A stretch of 64,000 nucleotides of DNA, taken from the NCBI GenBank assembly GCA_963736115.1, contig CAVTNR010000008.1:64001-128000 (forward strand), in the 5' to 3' direction. How positions within the stretch are numbered: position 1 is the first letter of the stretch; every line of letters starts with the position of its first letter. Source of the DNA: an uncultured bacterium (lineage in GTDB: Bacteria; Zhuqueibacterota; QNDG01; DTFT01). This document shows, in pieces, positions 18,009 through 28,120 of the stretch. Both the position numbers and the translations under genes were made by a program. A model generated the notes under the pieces. It saw nothing but the letters and a program-made list of their open reading frames with translations. It did no database searches and had not been told where the DNA came from.

Positions 18009-19847
18009 ATGCGTCCGATCCCCTTTTTTCTGGTCATGCTGGTCCCGGCCCTCGCCGCCGCCTCGGAGAGCCCGTCCGACTCCGCCTCCATCCGTTACCG
18101 GATGGATCCCGTGGTGGTCACGGCGACGAAAATGCCAACGGTTTCCCGGGATCTCGCCTCCAGCGTGAGCGTGATTTCGGCCGCGGACCTGGAGGCCCTG
18201 CCGACGTCCGCGGTTTTCGACGCGGTGCAGACCCGTATCCCGGGCCTGTACACGACGGAATGGGGGGTGATGGGTTTCGGCGCGGCCGGGAGCGCGGCCG
18301 GCAAGATCTCCATGCGGGGCGTCGGCGGCGGCGCCAATTCATGCGTCCTGATTCTCAGGGACGGCAGGCCCGATTTCATGGGTTTGATGGGATGCACGAT
18401 CGCGGATGAGTTCTCCACGGACGGCGTGGAGCGGCTCGAAGTGGTCCGGGGCCCCGGGTCCTTCCTATACGGCACCAATGCCATCGGCGGCGTGATCAAT
18501 ATCATTCCGTGGCGGATGAAAAAAGGCGGCTTTGACACGAAACTGACCGCAGGCGCCGGCTCGTTCGACTCCCGTACAGCGTCTCTCCGGCATGGCGGAA
18601 AGATCGGTTCCTTTGATTACGCCGTGACTGCCGCCAATCGGGGAACCGGCGGGCATCGGGAGGACGCAGACTCGGATTACCGCGCCGGTCATTACACGGT
18701 CCATCTGGGCTGGCAGGCCGGAGCCCGGACGGACCTGGAGTTCAACGGCAACATCGCAGACATCCGGGTCATGGATCCCGGCACGGTCGCGAACCCGACT
18801 CCCGACCACTGGTATGACATACTCCGGAGCGGCGGAAACGTCAATCTGATTCACCGGAGCCGGTTCGGAGAAACGAACGTCAAACTTCACGCCAACTTCG
18901 GCAACCATGTTTTTTACGACGGATGGAAGTCCGATGACCGGACCTCGGGAATCATGGTCTATCAGAACCTCAATCCCTGGAAGGGGAACACCGCCACCGT
19001 GGGCTTCGACTGGAAGGAATACGGCGGAGACGCCGAAGATGCCACGTCTGACTATGGGAAAATATTCATCACTGAATACGCGCCGTACGTGCATATCCAG
19101 CAGATGCTGCTGTCGCGTTTCATCGTCTCCGGCGGCGTGCGGCTGGAAAATCATGAATTGTACGGCTCGGAAATCCTGCCCAAGGCCGGCCTGGTGTTTC
19201 ATCCCTTCGAACGTACGGCTCTTCGCCTGTCCGCCTCCAAGGGATTCCGCAGTCCCTCCATCCGCGAGCTCTATTTCTGGATGCCGGCCAATGCCGAGCT
19301 CACCCCGGACCGGTTATGGAGCACTGAAGCCGGCCTGTCCCAGCGGATCGGGTCCGCGATGACGGTGGACGCGACCGTGTACCGTGCCGAGGGCTCCAAT
19401 CTCATCCAGCAGCAGTCCCCGCCGCCCAGGTGGGTGAATACGGGCGAATACACGCACCAGGGTGTCGAGTTGGCGTGGAACTGGACGCCGGTTCCGGCAC
19501 TGGAAACCGGCGCCACGTGGTCCGAGAACGACCTGAGCGAAAAAGCGTTCAATTCCCCGGGCCGGAAAATCACCGCTTTCGTGCGGGCCTCGGTCGGACC
19601 GGTCGCCCTGTCCGCGGACCTGCTGTCCGTGGCGGACTGGAAGGGCCTGACCACGGTGAACCGGAAGGACGTGTACCCGGACATGAAGGATTACACCGTT
19701 CTCAACCTGTCCGCCGGAACGGCCGCCTGGAAGGGAATCGCCCTGAAACTGCAGGTCCGGAACGCGCTGGATGAGTCTTTCGAGGCCATGTACGGATACC
19801 CGATGCCCGGACGGAACTGGATGGCTGAAGTTGAATATTCCCTTTAG
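18009..19847 (+). CDS. TonB-dependent receptor (BtuB-like size)
   Basis: TonB box DPVVVTAT; plug motif ERLEVVRGPGSFLYGTNAIGGVINII; C-terminal PMPGRNWMAEVEYSL. Confidence 0.93.
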   Translation: MRPIPFFLVMLVPALAAASESPSDSASIRYRMDPVVVTATKMPTVSRDLASSVSVISAADLEALPTSAVFDAVQTRIPGLYTTEWGVMGFGAAGSAAGKISMRGVGGGANSCVLILRDGRPDFMGLMGCTIADEFSTDGVERLEVVRGPGSFLYGTNAIGGVINIIPWRMKKGGFDTKLTAGAGSFDSRTASLRHGGKIGSFDYAVTAANRGTGGHREDADSDYRAGHYTVHLGWQAGARTDLEFNGNIADIRVMDPGTVANPTPDHWYDILRSGGNVNLIHRSRFGETNVKLHANFGNHVFYDGWKSDDRTSGIMVYQNLNPWKGNTATVGFDWKEYGGDAEDATSDYGKIFITEYAPYVHIQQMLLSRFIVSGGVRLENHELYGSEILPKAGLVFHPFERTALRLSASKGFRSPSIRELYFWMPANAELTPDRLWSTEAGLSQRIGSAMTVDATVYRAEGSNLIQQQSPPPRWVNTGEYTHQGVELAWNWTPVPALETGATWSENDLSEKAFNSPGRKITAFVRASVGPVALSADLLSVADWKGLTTVNRKDVYPDMKDYTVLNLSAGTAAWKGIALKLQVRNALDESFEAMYGYPMPGRNWMAEVEYSL

Positions 19848-19859
19848 GACGCGGTCCTC

Positions 19860-20381
19860 ATGAACGTCCGCACCCGGACAATCACCCTCAGCGCGATGTT
19901 CATCGCGCTGGGGGTTCTGTTTCCGCTTCTGTTTCACGTGACCGGACTGGGCGCCGTGTTCCTGCCCATGTTCTGGCCCGTGGCCGCGGCCGGATTTTTC
20001 CTGCCCCCGTTTTTATGTGTCCTGGTTGGGGTTGTCACGCCGGGGCTGTCCTTTCTGCTGACCGGCATGCCCCCGCCGCCCGTTCTGCAGATCATGGCGC
20101 TTGAACTCGCGGTGCTGGCCGTGACGATCAGCCTGGCGCACAGCAAGGCCGGAATGCCGGTTTTCGGCGCCCTACTGCTGGGTCTCGTGACCTCGCGTAT
20201 CGTTCTGTTCGCGGCCGCGGGATCGCTGGGGTCTTTTCTCGGCATACCCCCGAGGTTCGCTTCCTTCGCCTATGTCGCCAAGGGACTGCCGGGGATCATC
20301 GCCATGCTCGTACTCGTGCCCCTTCTGGTCGGCCGGTTGAAGCGGGAGCCCGTTTTCATATGGAGAAAGAAACATGCCTGA
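19860..20381 (+). CDS. ECF transporter S component
   Basis: SAMFIALGVLFP..FH..GAVFLPM; TPGLSFLLTGMPP; about 5-6 TM helices. Confidence 0.8.
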   Translation: MNVRTRTITLSAMFIALGVLFPLLFHVTGLGAVFLPMFWPVAAAGFFLPPFLCVLVGVVTPGLSFLLTGMPPPPVLQIMALELAVLAVTISLAHSKAGMPVFGALLLGLVTSRIVLFAAAGSLGSFLGIPPRFASFAYVAKGLPGIIAMLVLVPLLVGRLKREPVFIWRKKHA

Positions 20382-20973
20382 ATCCATCCGTGAATATTTC
20401 AACCGCATTGCCCCCGAATGGGACGGTATGGCGCCGAAAGAGCCCAGGCTGAAGGAATACCTGCTCCGGTTCGGCATCTCTGAAGGAGACCGGGTGCTCG
20501 ACGCGGGAGCTGGAACCGGGGTCAGCACGGCATTGGTCCGTGAGTGCGCGGGCCGATCCGGTTTCGTCGTGGCCCAGGATATGGCCGAGGCCATGCTTCA
20601 CGGATCGAAAACACGTCTGTCCGGGGAAGGCGCCGCCTGCGTCGGTTCTGACGCTCAGGATCTGCCTTTCCGGAACGGGGTCTTTGATAAAATTTTGTGC
20701 TTTTCCGCTTTTCCGCATTTCGCGGATCAGAAGAAGGCGCTGGCCGAAATGAGGCGTGTCCTGAAAAGGGGGGGGAAGGCGCTCGTCCTGCACACTTCTT
20801 CGCACCGCGGTCTGAACGCCTTTCACGCTGCGCTCGACGCGCCGGTGCGTCACGACGTGCTTCCATCCCCTGAGGATCTTCGCGCCCTGTTCGAGGAGAC
20901 GGGCTTTGACGTACTTCGCGCGGATGAGTCGGATTCATTGTACTGGGTGGAGGCGATCAAAACACATCAATAA
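20374..20973 (+). CDS. Class I SAM-dependent methyltransferase (UbiE-like)
   Basis: VLDAGAGTG; FSAFPHF; RVLKRGG; overlaps the upstream stop codon. Confidence 0.88.
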   Translation: MPESIREYFNRIAPEWDGMAPKEPRLKEYLLRFGISEGDRVLDAGAGTGVSTALVRECAGRSGFVVAQDMAEAMLHGSKTRLSGEGAACVGSDAQDLPFRNGVFDKILCFSAFPHFADQKKALAEMRRVLKRGGKALVLHTSSHRGLNAFHAALDAPVRHDVLPSPEDLRALFEETGFDVLRADESDSLYWVEAIKTHQ

Positions 20974-21094
20974 TATCATTGAAGCTCCTCGAATCTTGAA
21001 ATCAGAATTATAAAATTACAAAAAGACAATAAATAACGCAAGTCATTGTAATTTCTTAAGATAAATTATTCCCCCGATATTCCCCCCTTTTCCC

Positions 21095-21123
21095 TTGATT
21101 TTAAATGGTTTTAATGTTATCAT
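21095..21123 (+). promoter_or_regulatory. Sigma70-type promoter for hsp20-lon
   Basis: TTGATT-N17-TATCAT with TG extension, in an AT-rich intergenic region. Confidence 0.55.
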
Positions 21124-21168
21124 ACAGATAGACAAATGGATGATTTTTCCCTATTTGGAGGCTTTGGA

Positions 21169-21624
21169 ATGTCCCAGGCCAAATCGTCCAAAAGCCGGGG
21201 ATTGGACCTGCTCGGCCCTATCGAGGAGGAGCTGGACTTCTTCTTTTCGCGGTTTTTCGGCTCTCCGTATCCCACCATTTACCGCAAGGAACTTTCCTGG
21301 CGGCCGCTTACGGATTTCTACGAAACGGATCTGGAATACGTGCTCCTGATGGAGCTGGCCCAGGTCAAGCCGGAGGACGTTTCCATCCAGCTTCAGGAGG
21401 GGATTCTGGCCGTGCGCGGAATGCGCAAAACATCGCCCCCGCGCGAAAGAAGACGATACCACAAGATGGAAATCAATTACGGCCCCTTCGAGCAGAAAGT
21501 GGCGGTTCCGGAGCCGGTCGACATGGATAAACTGTCCGCCTCATACCATGACGGATTTCTCGAAATCCGCATACCCAAAAAACGGCCGGACACCGGTCCG
21601 CGCATCGACATACAGGTGGAATAG
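21169..21624 (+). CDS. Hsp20/alpha-crystallin small heat-shock protein
   Basis: WRPLTDFYET; EINYGPFEQ; ASYHDGFLEIRIPK. Confidence 0.9.
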   Translation: MSQAKSSKSRGLDLLGPIEEELDFFFSRFFGSPYPTIYRKELSWRPLTDFYETDLEYVLLMELAQVKPEDVSIQLQEGILAVRGMRKTSPPRERRRYHKMEINYGPFEQKVAVPEPVDMDKLSASYHDGFLEIRIPKKRPDTGPRIDIQVE

Positions 21625-21631
21625 AAAACCG

Positions 21632-24019
21632 ATGAACGATCCGAATCCAGGCATTCCCCATCATCCGGGCGAGTTCGGGGAAATGCCCGAAATCCCGCAG
21701 GAACTCCCCATTCTCCCGATGACCAATGTTCTCGTTTTTCCCTACGTGGTCGCGCCCCTCGTCATCTCGGACGAGCGCCGCATCGCCGTGGTCAACGAGG
21801 CGTTGTCCGACCGCAAGATGGTCGGCCTGTTCGCCGTCCGGACGAAGACGGACGGCGACGCCGAACCGGACAGCCTGAAATTGTACGACGTCGGCACCGC
21901 GGTGTTCATCCTGAAAATGTTCCGTTATCCGGACGGCACCATGGGGCTCATGGTGCAGGGCCTCTCGCGCATCCGGCTGGAGAGCATCACCAAGGCGGAG
22001 CCCTTTCTCAAGGGCCGGATCCGGCCCATCCCCGAGGCCGCCGCGGATACGGTCAAGATCAAGGCCCTGACGCGCGAGGTCACCGAAATTTTCCAGCAGA
22101 TCGTCTCCCTGTCCGCCTTTCTGCCTGACGAGCTCGGCCAGGCGATCACCAACGTGGACAACCCGGGCCGCCTGGCGGACCTGGTCGTTTCGAACCTCAA
22201 GCTGGACATCGCTGAACGCCAGGCCATACTCGAAACCCTGGCCGTGGAAAACCGCCTGATCCGCCTGCTGACCCTGCTCAACCGCGAGCTGGAGCTCCTG
22301 AAGCTCGGGAACAAGATCCAGTCCGAGGTTAAAAACAAGATCGAGGACAGTCAGAAGGAATACTACCTCCGCGAGCAGATGAAGGCGATCCAGAAGGAGC
22401 TCGGGGACAAGGACGAGCGGACCGCCGAGATCGAGGAGCTGAAGAGCCGCATCGAAAAGGCCGCGATGCCCAAAGAGGCGCGCGAGGCGGCGGAGAAGGA
22501 GCTGGACCGGCTCTCCAAGATGCCGCCCCAGGCCGCGGAGTACACCGTCTCTCGCACCTATCTCGACTGGCTGATCACCCTGCCCTGGAGCGCCGGCACC
22601 GAGGACAACATAGACATCGTCAAGGCCAAGGCCATCCTCGATGACGACCATTACGATCTGACGGACGTGAAGGACCGCATCCTCGAGTTTCTCTCCGTGC
22701 GCAAGCTGAAGAGCACGTCCAAGGGACCCATCCTCTGCTTCGTCGGCCCGCCGGGCGTGGGCAAGACGTCGCTCGGGCGGTCCATCGCAGCGGCCATGGG
22801 GCGCAAATTCGTCCGCTACTCTCTCGGCGGCATGCACGACGAGGCGGAGATCCGGGGTCACCGGAGAACCTACATCGGGTCCCTGCCGGGCCGGATCGTT
22901 CAGGGCGTCCGCAAGGCGGGTTCGAACAACCCCGTTTTCATGCTCGACGAGATCGACAAGGTCGGCACCGACTTCCGGGGCGACCCCGCCTCGGCCCTGC
23001 TCGAGGTGCTCGACCCGGAGCAGAACAACACGTTCTCGGACCACTATCTCGAAGTGCCCTTCGACCTGTCGAAGGTGATGTTCATTACCACGGCGAACGT
23101 GCTCGACACCATCCCGCGGCCCCTGCTGGACCGCATGGAAGTGCTGCGCCTGCCGGGTTACATTCTCGACGAGAAGATCCAGATCGCGAAGAAATACCTC
23201 ATCCCCCGCCAGATCGAGGAGAACGGGCTGAAGCGGGGCCAGATCCGATTCGACGACGCAGCGGTGCGGCGCATCATCGAGCACTACACGCGCGAGGCCG
23301 GCCTCCGCAACCTCGAGCGCGAGATCGGCACCTGCTGCCGCAAAGTGGCCCGTCTCGTCGCGGAGGGGAAGGAGAAGCGCGTCCGGATCACGCCGGAGAA
23401 GGCGGCCGAATTCCTCGGCCCGCGCAAGTTCTTCTCCGAGGCCGCCCAGCGCACGGACGAGGTCGGCGTGGCCACGGGTCTGGCCTGGACGGCAGTCGGG
23501 GGCGAGATCCTCTTCGTCGAGGCCACGGCCATGACCGGCGGAAAAGGCCTGGTGCTCACCGGACAGCTCGGTGACGTGATGAAGGAGTCCGCCCAGGCCG
23601 CGCTGTCGTACATCCGGTCGAACACCGCCCGGTACGGCATTCCGGACGACTTTTTCGCGGCCCGGGACATCCACATCCACATTCCAGAAGGCGCCACGCC
23701 CAAGGACGGGCCGTCCGCGGGCGTCACGCTGGCCACGGCGCTGGTGTCCCTGCTGGTGAACAAGCCGGTGAAGCACGACGTGGCCATGACGGGCGAGATC
23801 ACGCTCCGCGGGAAGGTGCTGGCCGTGGGCGGCATCAAGGAAAAGGTGCTCGCGGCCCAGCGGTCCGGCATTACCCATGTGATCCTGCCGAAGCTCAATG
23901 AAAAGGACCTTGTGGAGATACCGGAGCACATCCGGAAGCGAATGACGTTTCATTTCGCGGAGTGGCTGGACGACGTGCTGGCGTTGACCCTTGTGGATAA
24001 AAAGAAGAAAAAGAAATAG
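21632..24019 (+). CDS. lon: ATP-dependent protease La
   Basis: LON N-domain; Walker A GPPGVGKTS; LDEIDK; PKDGPSAG with catalytic Lys 43 residues downstream. Confidence 0.97.
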   Translation: MNDPNPGIPHHPGEFGEMPEIPQELPILPMTNVLVFPYVVAPLVISDERRIAVVNEALSDRKMVGLFAVRTKTDGDAEPDSLKLYDVGTAVFILKMFRYPDGTMGLMVQGLSRIRLESITKAEPFLKGRIRPIPEAAADTVKIKALTREVTEIFQQIVSLSAFLPDELGQAITNVDNPGRLADLVVSNLKLDIAERQAILETLAVENRLIRLLTLLNRELELLKLGNKIQSEVKNKIEDSQKEYYLREQMKAIQKELGDKDERTAEIEELKSRIEKAAMPKEAREAAEKELDRLSKMPPQAAEYTVSRTYLDWLITLPWSAGTEDNIDIVKAKAILDDDHYDLTDVKDRILEFLSVRKLKSTSKGPILCFVGPPGVGKTSLGRSIAAAMGRKFVRYSLGGMHDEAEIRGHRRTYIGSLPGRIVQGVRKAGSNNPVFMLDEIDKVGTDFRGDPASALLEVLDPEQNNTFSDHYLEVPFDLSKVMFITTANVLDTIPRPLLDRMEVLRLPGYILDEKIQIAKKYLIPRQIEENGLKRGQIRFDDAAVRRIIEHYTREAGLRNLEREIGTCCRKVARLVAEGKEKRVRITPEKAAEFLGPRKFFSEAAQRTDEVGVATGLAWTAVGGEILFVEATAMTGGKGLVLTGQLGDVMKESAQAALSYIRSNTARYGIPDDFFAARDIHIHIPEGATPKDGPSAGVTLATALVSLLVNKPVKHDVAMTGEITLRGKVLAVGGIKEKVLAAQRSGITHVILPKLNEKDLVEIPEHIRKRMTFHFAEWLDDVLALTLVDKKKKKK

Positions 24020-24122
24020 AACGCGGATTGAGCGGGCCTCCGGCGCGGATACAGATTAGTGAATAGGGTAATGCCTTCATTTTAACCAATGTCATCCCCG
24101 CGTTTTTTTAGCGGGGATCCAG
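24020..24122 (+). repeat. Composite repeat: CGGAT-rich units plus GTCATCCCCGC..GCGGGGATCCAG palindrome
   Basis: Aligns by eye with 47251-47358; related palindromes at about 27440, 27560 and 29591. Confidence 0.75.
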
Positions 24123-24194
24123 AGGAAGCGCGGAGAGGCCGGAGCCGCCAGGCATCGCTCAGTCGCAATAGGATCCCTGAAAACGGACAACCCC

Positions 24195-25718
24195 ATGAAA
24201 GACTTCCTCCAGTCTCTCGGCATCGGCTCCCTGAACAGCGGGGGCTATGACGGGGAATGGATTCAGAACCCGGGCGGTCCTGCGCTCGACTCCGTGTCTC
24301 CGGTCGACGGGAATTCCATCGCGGTCGTGACCACCGTATCCGGAGAGCGCTGTGACGCGCTCATCGGCAGATCCCGCGAAGCCTTTTTGAAATGGCGGGA
24401 CTGGCCGGCTCCGAAACGGGGCGACGTCGTCCGTCAGATCGGCAACGCGTTCCGGCAGCACAAGAAAGAACTGGGCGCGCTCGTTTCGTGGGAGATGGGG
24501 AAGATCCTCCCCGAGGGCGAGGGCGAGATACAGGAAGTCATCGACATCGCCGATTTCGCGTGCGGGCTGTCGAGGCAGTTCCACGGCCGCGTGATGCCCA
24601 GCGAGCGTCCGGACCACAAGATGATCGAATCCTGGCACCCGTTCGGCCCCGTCGGCGTGATCACCGCCTTCAACTTCCCGGCAGCGGTGTGGGGGTGGAA
24701 CGCCATGATCGCGCTGGTCTGCGGGGACACAGTGGTCTGGAAGCCTTCCAGTCAGACGCCGCTCACCGCAATTGCCTCCATGCGCATCGCCCACCGGGTG
24801 CTCCGGGAGAACGGATGCCCGTCCGGTGTGCTGTGCCTCGCCGTCGGCGGGGGCGAGGCTGTCGGAAGCCGCATCGCGTGCGATTCACGACTACCGCTCG
24901 TCAGCTTCACCGGCAGTACGGCCCAGGGCCGCACGGTCGCGGAAACCGTCGCGAAACGTCTCGGCCGAACCCTTCTCGAACTCGGCGGCAACAACGCCGT
25001 GATCGTCTCGGAGCATGCCGACCTGGAAATGTCCGTGCGCACCGTCCTCTTCGGAGCCGTCGGTACCGCGGGGCAGAGGTGCACCACCACGCGGCGCCTG
25101 ATCGTCCACAAGTCCGTCTACGACGAAACGGTCCGGCGTGTCGTCCGGGCGTACGGAAAGATCCGGATCGGTAATCCGCTTGACCCAGGCGTGCTCATGG
25201 GCCCGCTGATCAACAGCGCGGCAGTGGACGAGATGACGGCCGCGTTGGAGCAGGTCCGGGCCGCGGGTGGAAGCGTCCTCTGCGGCGGGGAAAGGCTCAG
25301 GGACATGCCGTCGGACCTGTACGTGACGCCGGCCGTGGTTGAGGCCCGGAACGAATGGCCGATCGTCCAGGCCGAGACCTTCGCCCCGATACTCTATGTC
25401 CTGAAGGCCGGGAGCATCGAAGAGGCGATCGCGCTCCAGAACGCCGTGCCCCAGGGCCTGTCTTCCTCGCTCTTCACCTCGGACCTGGCCGAGGCTGAGC
25501 TTTTCCTCTCCGGCCGGGGGAGCGACTGCGGCATCGCGAACGTGAACGCGGGCACGTCCGGCGCCGAAATCGGCGGCGCGTTCGGAGGGGAGAAGGAGAC
25601 GGGCGGCGGCAGGGAATCCGGGTCCGACGCGTGGAAGCAGTACATGCGGCGGCAGACCTCGGTGGTCAACTGGTCGAAGGACCTGCCCCTCGCGCAGGGA
25701 ATCAAGTTCGGGGACTGA
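24195..25718 (+). CDS. Aldehyde dehydrogenase, ALDH7/antiquitin-like
   Basis: ITAFNFP, SFTGST, LELGGNNA, GTAGQRCTT, TSGAEIGGAFGGEKETGGGRESGSD. Confidence 0.93.
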   Translation: MKDFLQSLGIGSLNSGGYDGEWIQNPGGPALDSVSPVDGNSIAVVTTVSGERCDALIGRSREAFLKWRDWPAPKRGDVVRQIGNAFRQHKKELGALVSWEMGKILPEGEGEIQEVIDIADFACGLSRQFHGRVMPSERPDHKMIESWHPFGPVGVITAFNFPAAVWGWNAMIALVCGDTVVWKPSSQTPLTAIASMRIAHRVLRENGCPSGVLCLAVGGGEAVGSRIACDSRLPLVSFTGSTAQGRTVAETVAKRLGRTLLELGGNNAVIVSEHADLEMSVRTVLFGAVGTAGQRCTTTRRLIVHKSVYDETVRRVVRAYGKIRIGNPLDPGVLMGPLINSAAVDEMTAALEQVRAAGGSVLCGGERLRDMPSDLYVTPAVVEARNEWPIVQAETFAPILYVLKAGSIEEAIALQNAVPQGLSSSLFTSDLAEAELFLSGRGSDCGIANVNAGTSGAEIGGAFGGEKETGGGRESGSDAWKQYMRRQTSVVNWSKDLPLAQGIKFGD

Positions 25719-26056
25719 GGCATCTGCCGGGATGGTACACGGACCTTCGGCGGATTTGACGGGATTTGCACGGATTAAAAACTGGAAATAAAAATGGTCA
25801 TGGATTCTTAGTTTGAACTCCGCGCGGAGGATCCCGCCTCCGCGCCTGCGGGGATAAAATAAGCCGTACGTCAATATGAACCTTTGCTCGAAAAATCAAA
25901 TCCGCCTTTCCAGCCGTCATTGCGGCCGTCTCGTCCGCAGACTGCTTTTCACGCGATGGGTCCGCGGGTTCAAGTGAGAGCCGTCCTCCGTTCCAGCCGC
26001 CGGGCCCGGATCGTCCGGGCCGGCTTCCGCTGCTTGACTTCAATCCGGAGGACGTC

Positions 26057-27368
26057 ATGACCAAGAAACGCATCCTCATCCTGGGCGCCGCAGGGAGGGA
26101 TTTCCACAATTTCAACGTCGTCTTTCGCGACGACGCGTCCGTCGAAGTCGTTGCCTTCACGGCAACCCAGATCCCCCGTATCGACGGCCGGGTGTACCCG
26201 CAAGAACTCGCGGGGCCCCTGTATCCGAAGGGCATCCCCATCCGGTCGGAAAACGATCTGGTGCCGCTGATCCGCGAACTTGCCGTGGACGAGGCGGTTT
26301 TCGCGTACAGCGACGTGTCGCATGAAACCGTCATGCACAAGGCGAGTGTCGTGGTGGGCGCGGGAGCGGCTTTCACTCTGCTCGGCGGCAACCGCACCAT
26401 GCTCCGCTCGAAAAAACCGGTGGTCGCGGTGTGCGCGGTGCGCACGGGATCCGGCAAGAGCCAGACCACGCGCCGGGTCAGCGAAATCCTCAAGGCCAGG
26501 GGCCGGCGCGTCGTGGTTATCCGGCACCCCATGCCGTACGGTGATTTGGTGAAACAACGGGTCCAGCGTTTCGCCGAGGTCGCCGACCTGGACCGGCACG
26601 ACTGCACCATCGAGGAGCGGGAGGAGTACGAGCCGCACATCGACATGGGCAATGTGGTGTACGCGGGCGTTGATTACGGGGACATTCTCCGCGAAGCCGA
26701 GAAAGAGGCCGACGTCATCCTCTGGGACGGCGGCAACAACGACACGTCGTTCTATAAACCCGATCTGCTCATCACGGTCGTCGATCCGCACCGGGCCGGG
26801 CATGAAGTTTCCTACCATCCGGGCGAGATCAACCTGCGCACCGCGGACGTGGTCGTCATCAACAAGATGGACACGGCACCGGCCGAGGGGGTCGAGACGG
26901 TGCGCCGGAACATACGGTCCGCCAATCCCGGGCGCGACGGTCATCGAGGCCGCCTCGCCTCTCACCGTGGAGCGGCCCGAGGCGATCAAGGGCAAGCGCG
27001 TGCTCGTGATCGAGGACGGCCCCACGCTGACCCACGGCGAAATGCCGTACGGCGCGGGCGTGATCGCGGCGAAGCAGTTCGGCGCGGCTGAAATCGTCGA
27101 CCCCCGCCCCTGGGCCGCGGGCCTCATCCGGGAAGTGTACGAGAAGTATCCCAAAATAGGGATCCTGCTTCCGGCCATGGGTTACGGGGAGGAGCAGATC
27201 CGCGACCTGGAGGCCACGGTGGCCGCGGCGCAGTGCGACTCGGTCGTGATCGGCACGCCGATCGATCTGACGCGCGTTATGCGTATCGACAAGCCGTCGG
27301 CGCGAGTGCGCTACCGGCTTCAGGAGATCGGGACGCCGACGCTCGATCAGGTGCTGGTGAAGTTTTAA
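26057..27368 (+). CDS. COG2403 P-loop protein (cDPG synthetase-like / arginine synthetase ArcE-like); one indel near 26930
   Basis: ILGAAGRDFHNFN, VRTGSGKSQT, RHPMPYG, TIEEREEYEPH, WDGGNND; second frame gives EDGPTLTHG and LPAMGYG. Confidence 0.85.
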
Positions 27369-27438
27369 CATATAGGAACGGGCCGCTGAAGCAACCTGTC
27401 CGTTCATTTAGTCCGGTTATTGAATTTTATAAGGGGTG

Positions 27439-27591
27439 GTGTCATCCCCGATTTCTTTTATCGGGGATCCAGGGGGGATATTTTCCTTAAATCCTGCGAC
27501 GGGCATGATGGTTTTGCGGGTGTGTCATCGTACCCTCTATGAGATACCGGTGATTTTCCGGATTCCCGCCAGAAGAATGCGGGAATGACAT
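27439..27591. repeat. Inverted pair of GTCATCCC..GGGATCCAG REP-like palindromes
   Basis: tgtcatccccgatttcttttatcggggatccag ... ccggattcccgccagaagaatgcgggaatgaca. Confidence 0.7.
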
Positions 27592-27623
27592 TGGTTATAC
27601 TTCGAGGTTAATCCGGGACTCGC

Positions 27624-28052
27624 ATGGCTGAACAGACCCTCGTGAACATCAAGCCGGACGCGGTCGGCAGACGGCTGACGGGCGAGATCATCCGCCGCAT
27701 CGAGGCCGCCGGATACCGGATCACGGCCATGCGCATGCTCCGCCTCTCGGCGGAGCATGCGGCCGCGTTCTACGAGGAGCACCGCGGCCGGCCCTATTTC
27801 GAGCGCCTGATCGGACTCATGACATCCGGCGCCTGCGTCCCGATGGTTGTGGAAGGGGAGGGCGTCATCCGCGGCATGCGCAGGCTCATCGGCGACACGG
27901 ACCCCGAAAAAGCCGAAGAAGGGACCATACGCCGGGATTTCGCAACCAGCGTGACTGTGAACTGCGTGCACGCCTCGGACGGGCCCGATTCCGCATCGCG
28001 GGAGATCGCATTTTTTTTCAACCATGAGATGGAAGAAGCCGGGCCGGAGTGA
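27624..28052 (+). CDS. ndk: Nucleoside diphosphate kinase
   Basis: EQTLVNIKPDAV, GTIRRDF, NCVHASD. Confidence 0.95.
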   Translation: MAEQTLVNIKPDAVGRRLTGEIIRRIEAAGYRITAMRMLRLSAEHAAAFYEEHRGRPYFERLIGLMTSGACVPMVVEGEGVIRGMRRLIGDTDPEKAEEGTIRRDFATSVTVNCVHASDGPDSASREIAFFFNHEMEEAGPE

Positions 28053-28120
28053 TTGACCGCCGGGAAACGAAACGGACCGCGTCCGCATCCATTTGAACGA
28101 ACCACAGGAGACCCCCATCC

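Noticed and set aside
20974-21168. CIRCE, HAIR or sigma32 heat-shock element upstream of hsp20-lon
   Set aside because: No match to TTAGCACTC-N9-GAGTGCTAA or the other consensus sequences; only a sigma70-like promoter is visible.
21473-23953. Long antisense ORFs (826 aa opposite lon; others opposite the ABC, malic enzyme, HEAT and metK genes)
   Set aside because: Shadow ORFs expected from high-GC codon bias; no recognisable motifs.
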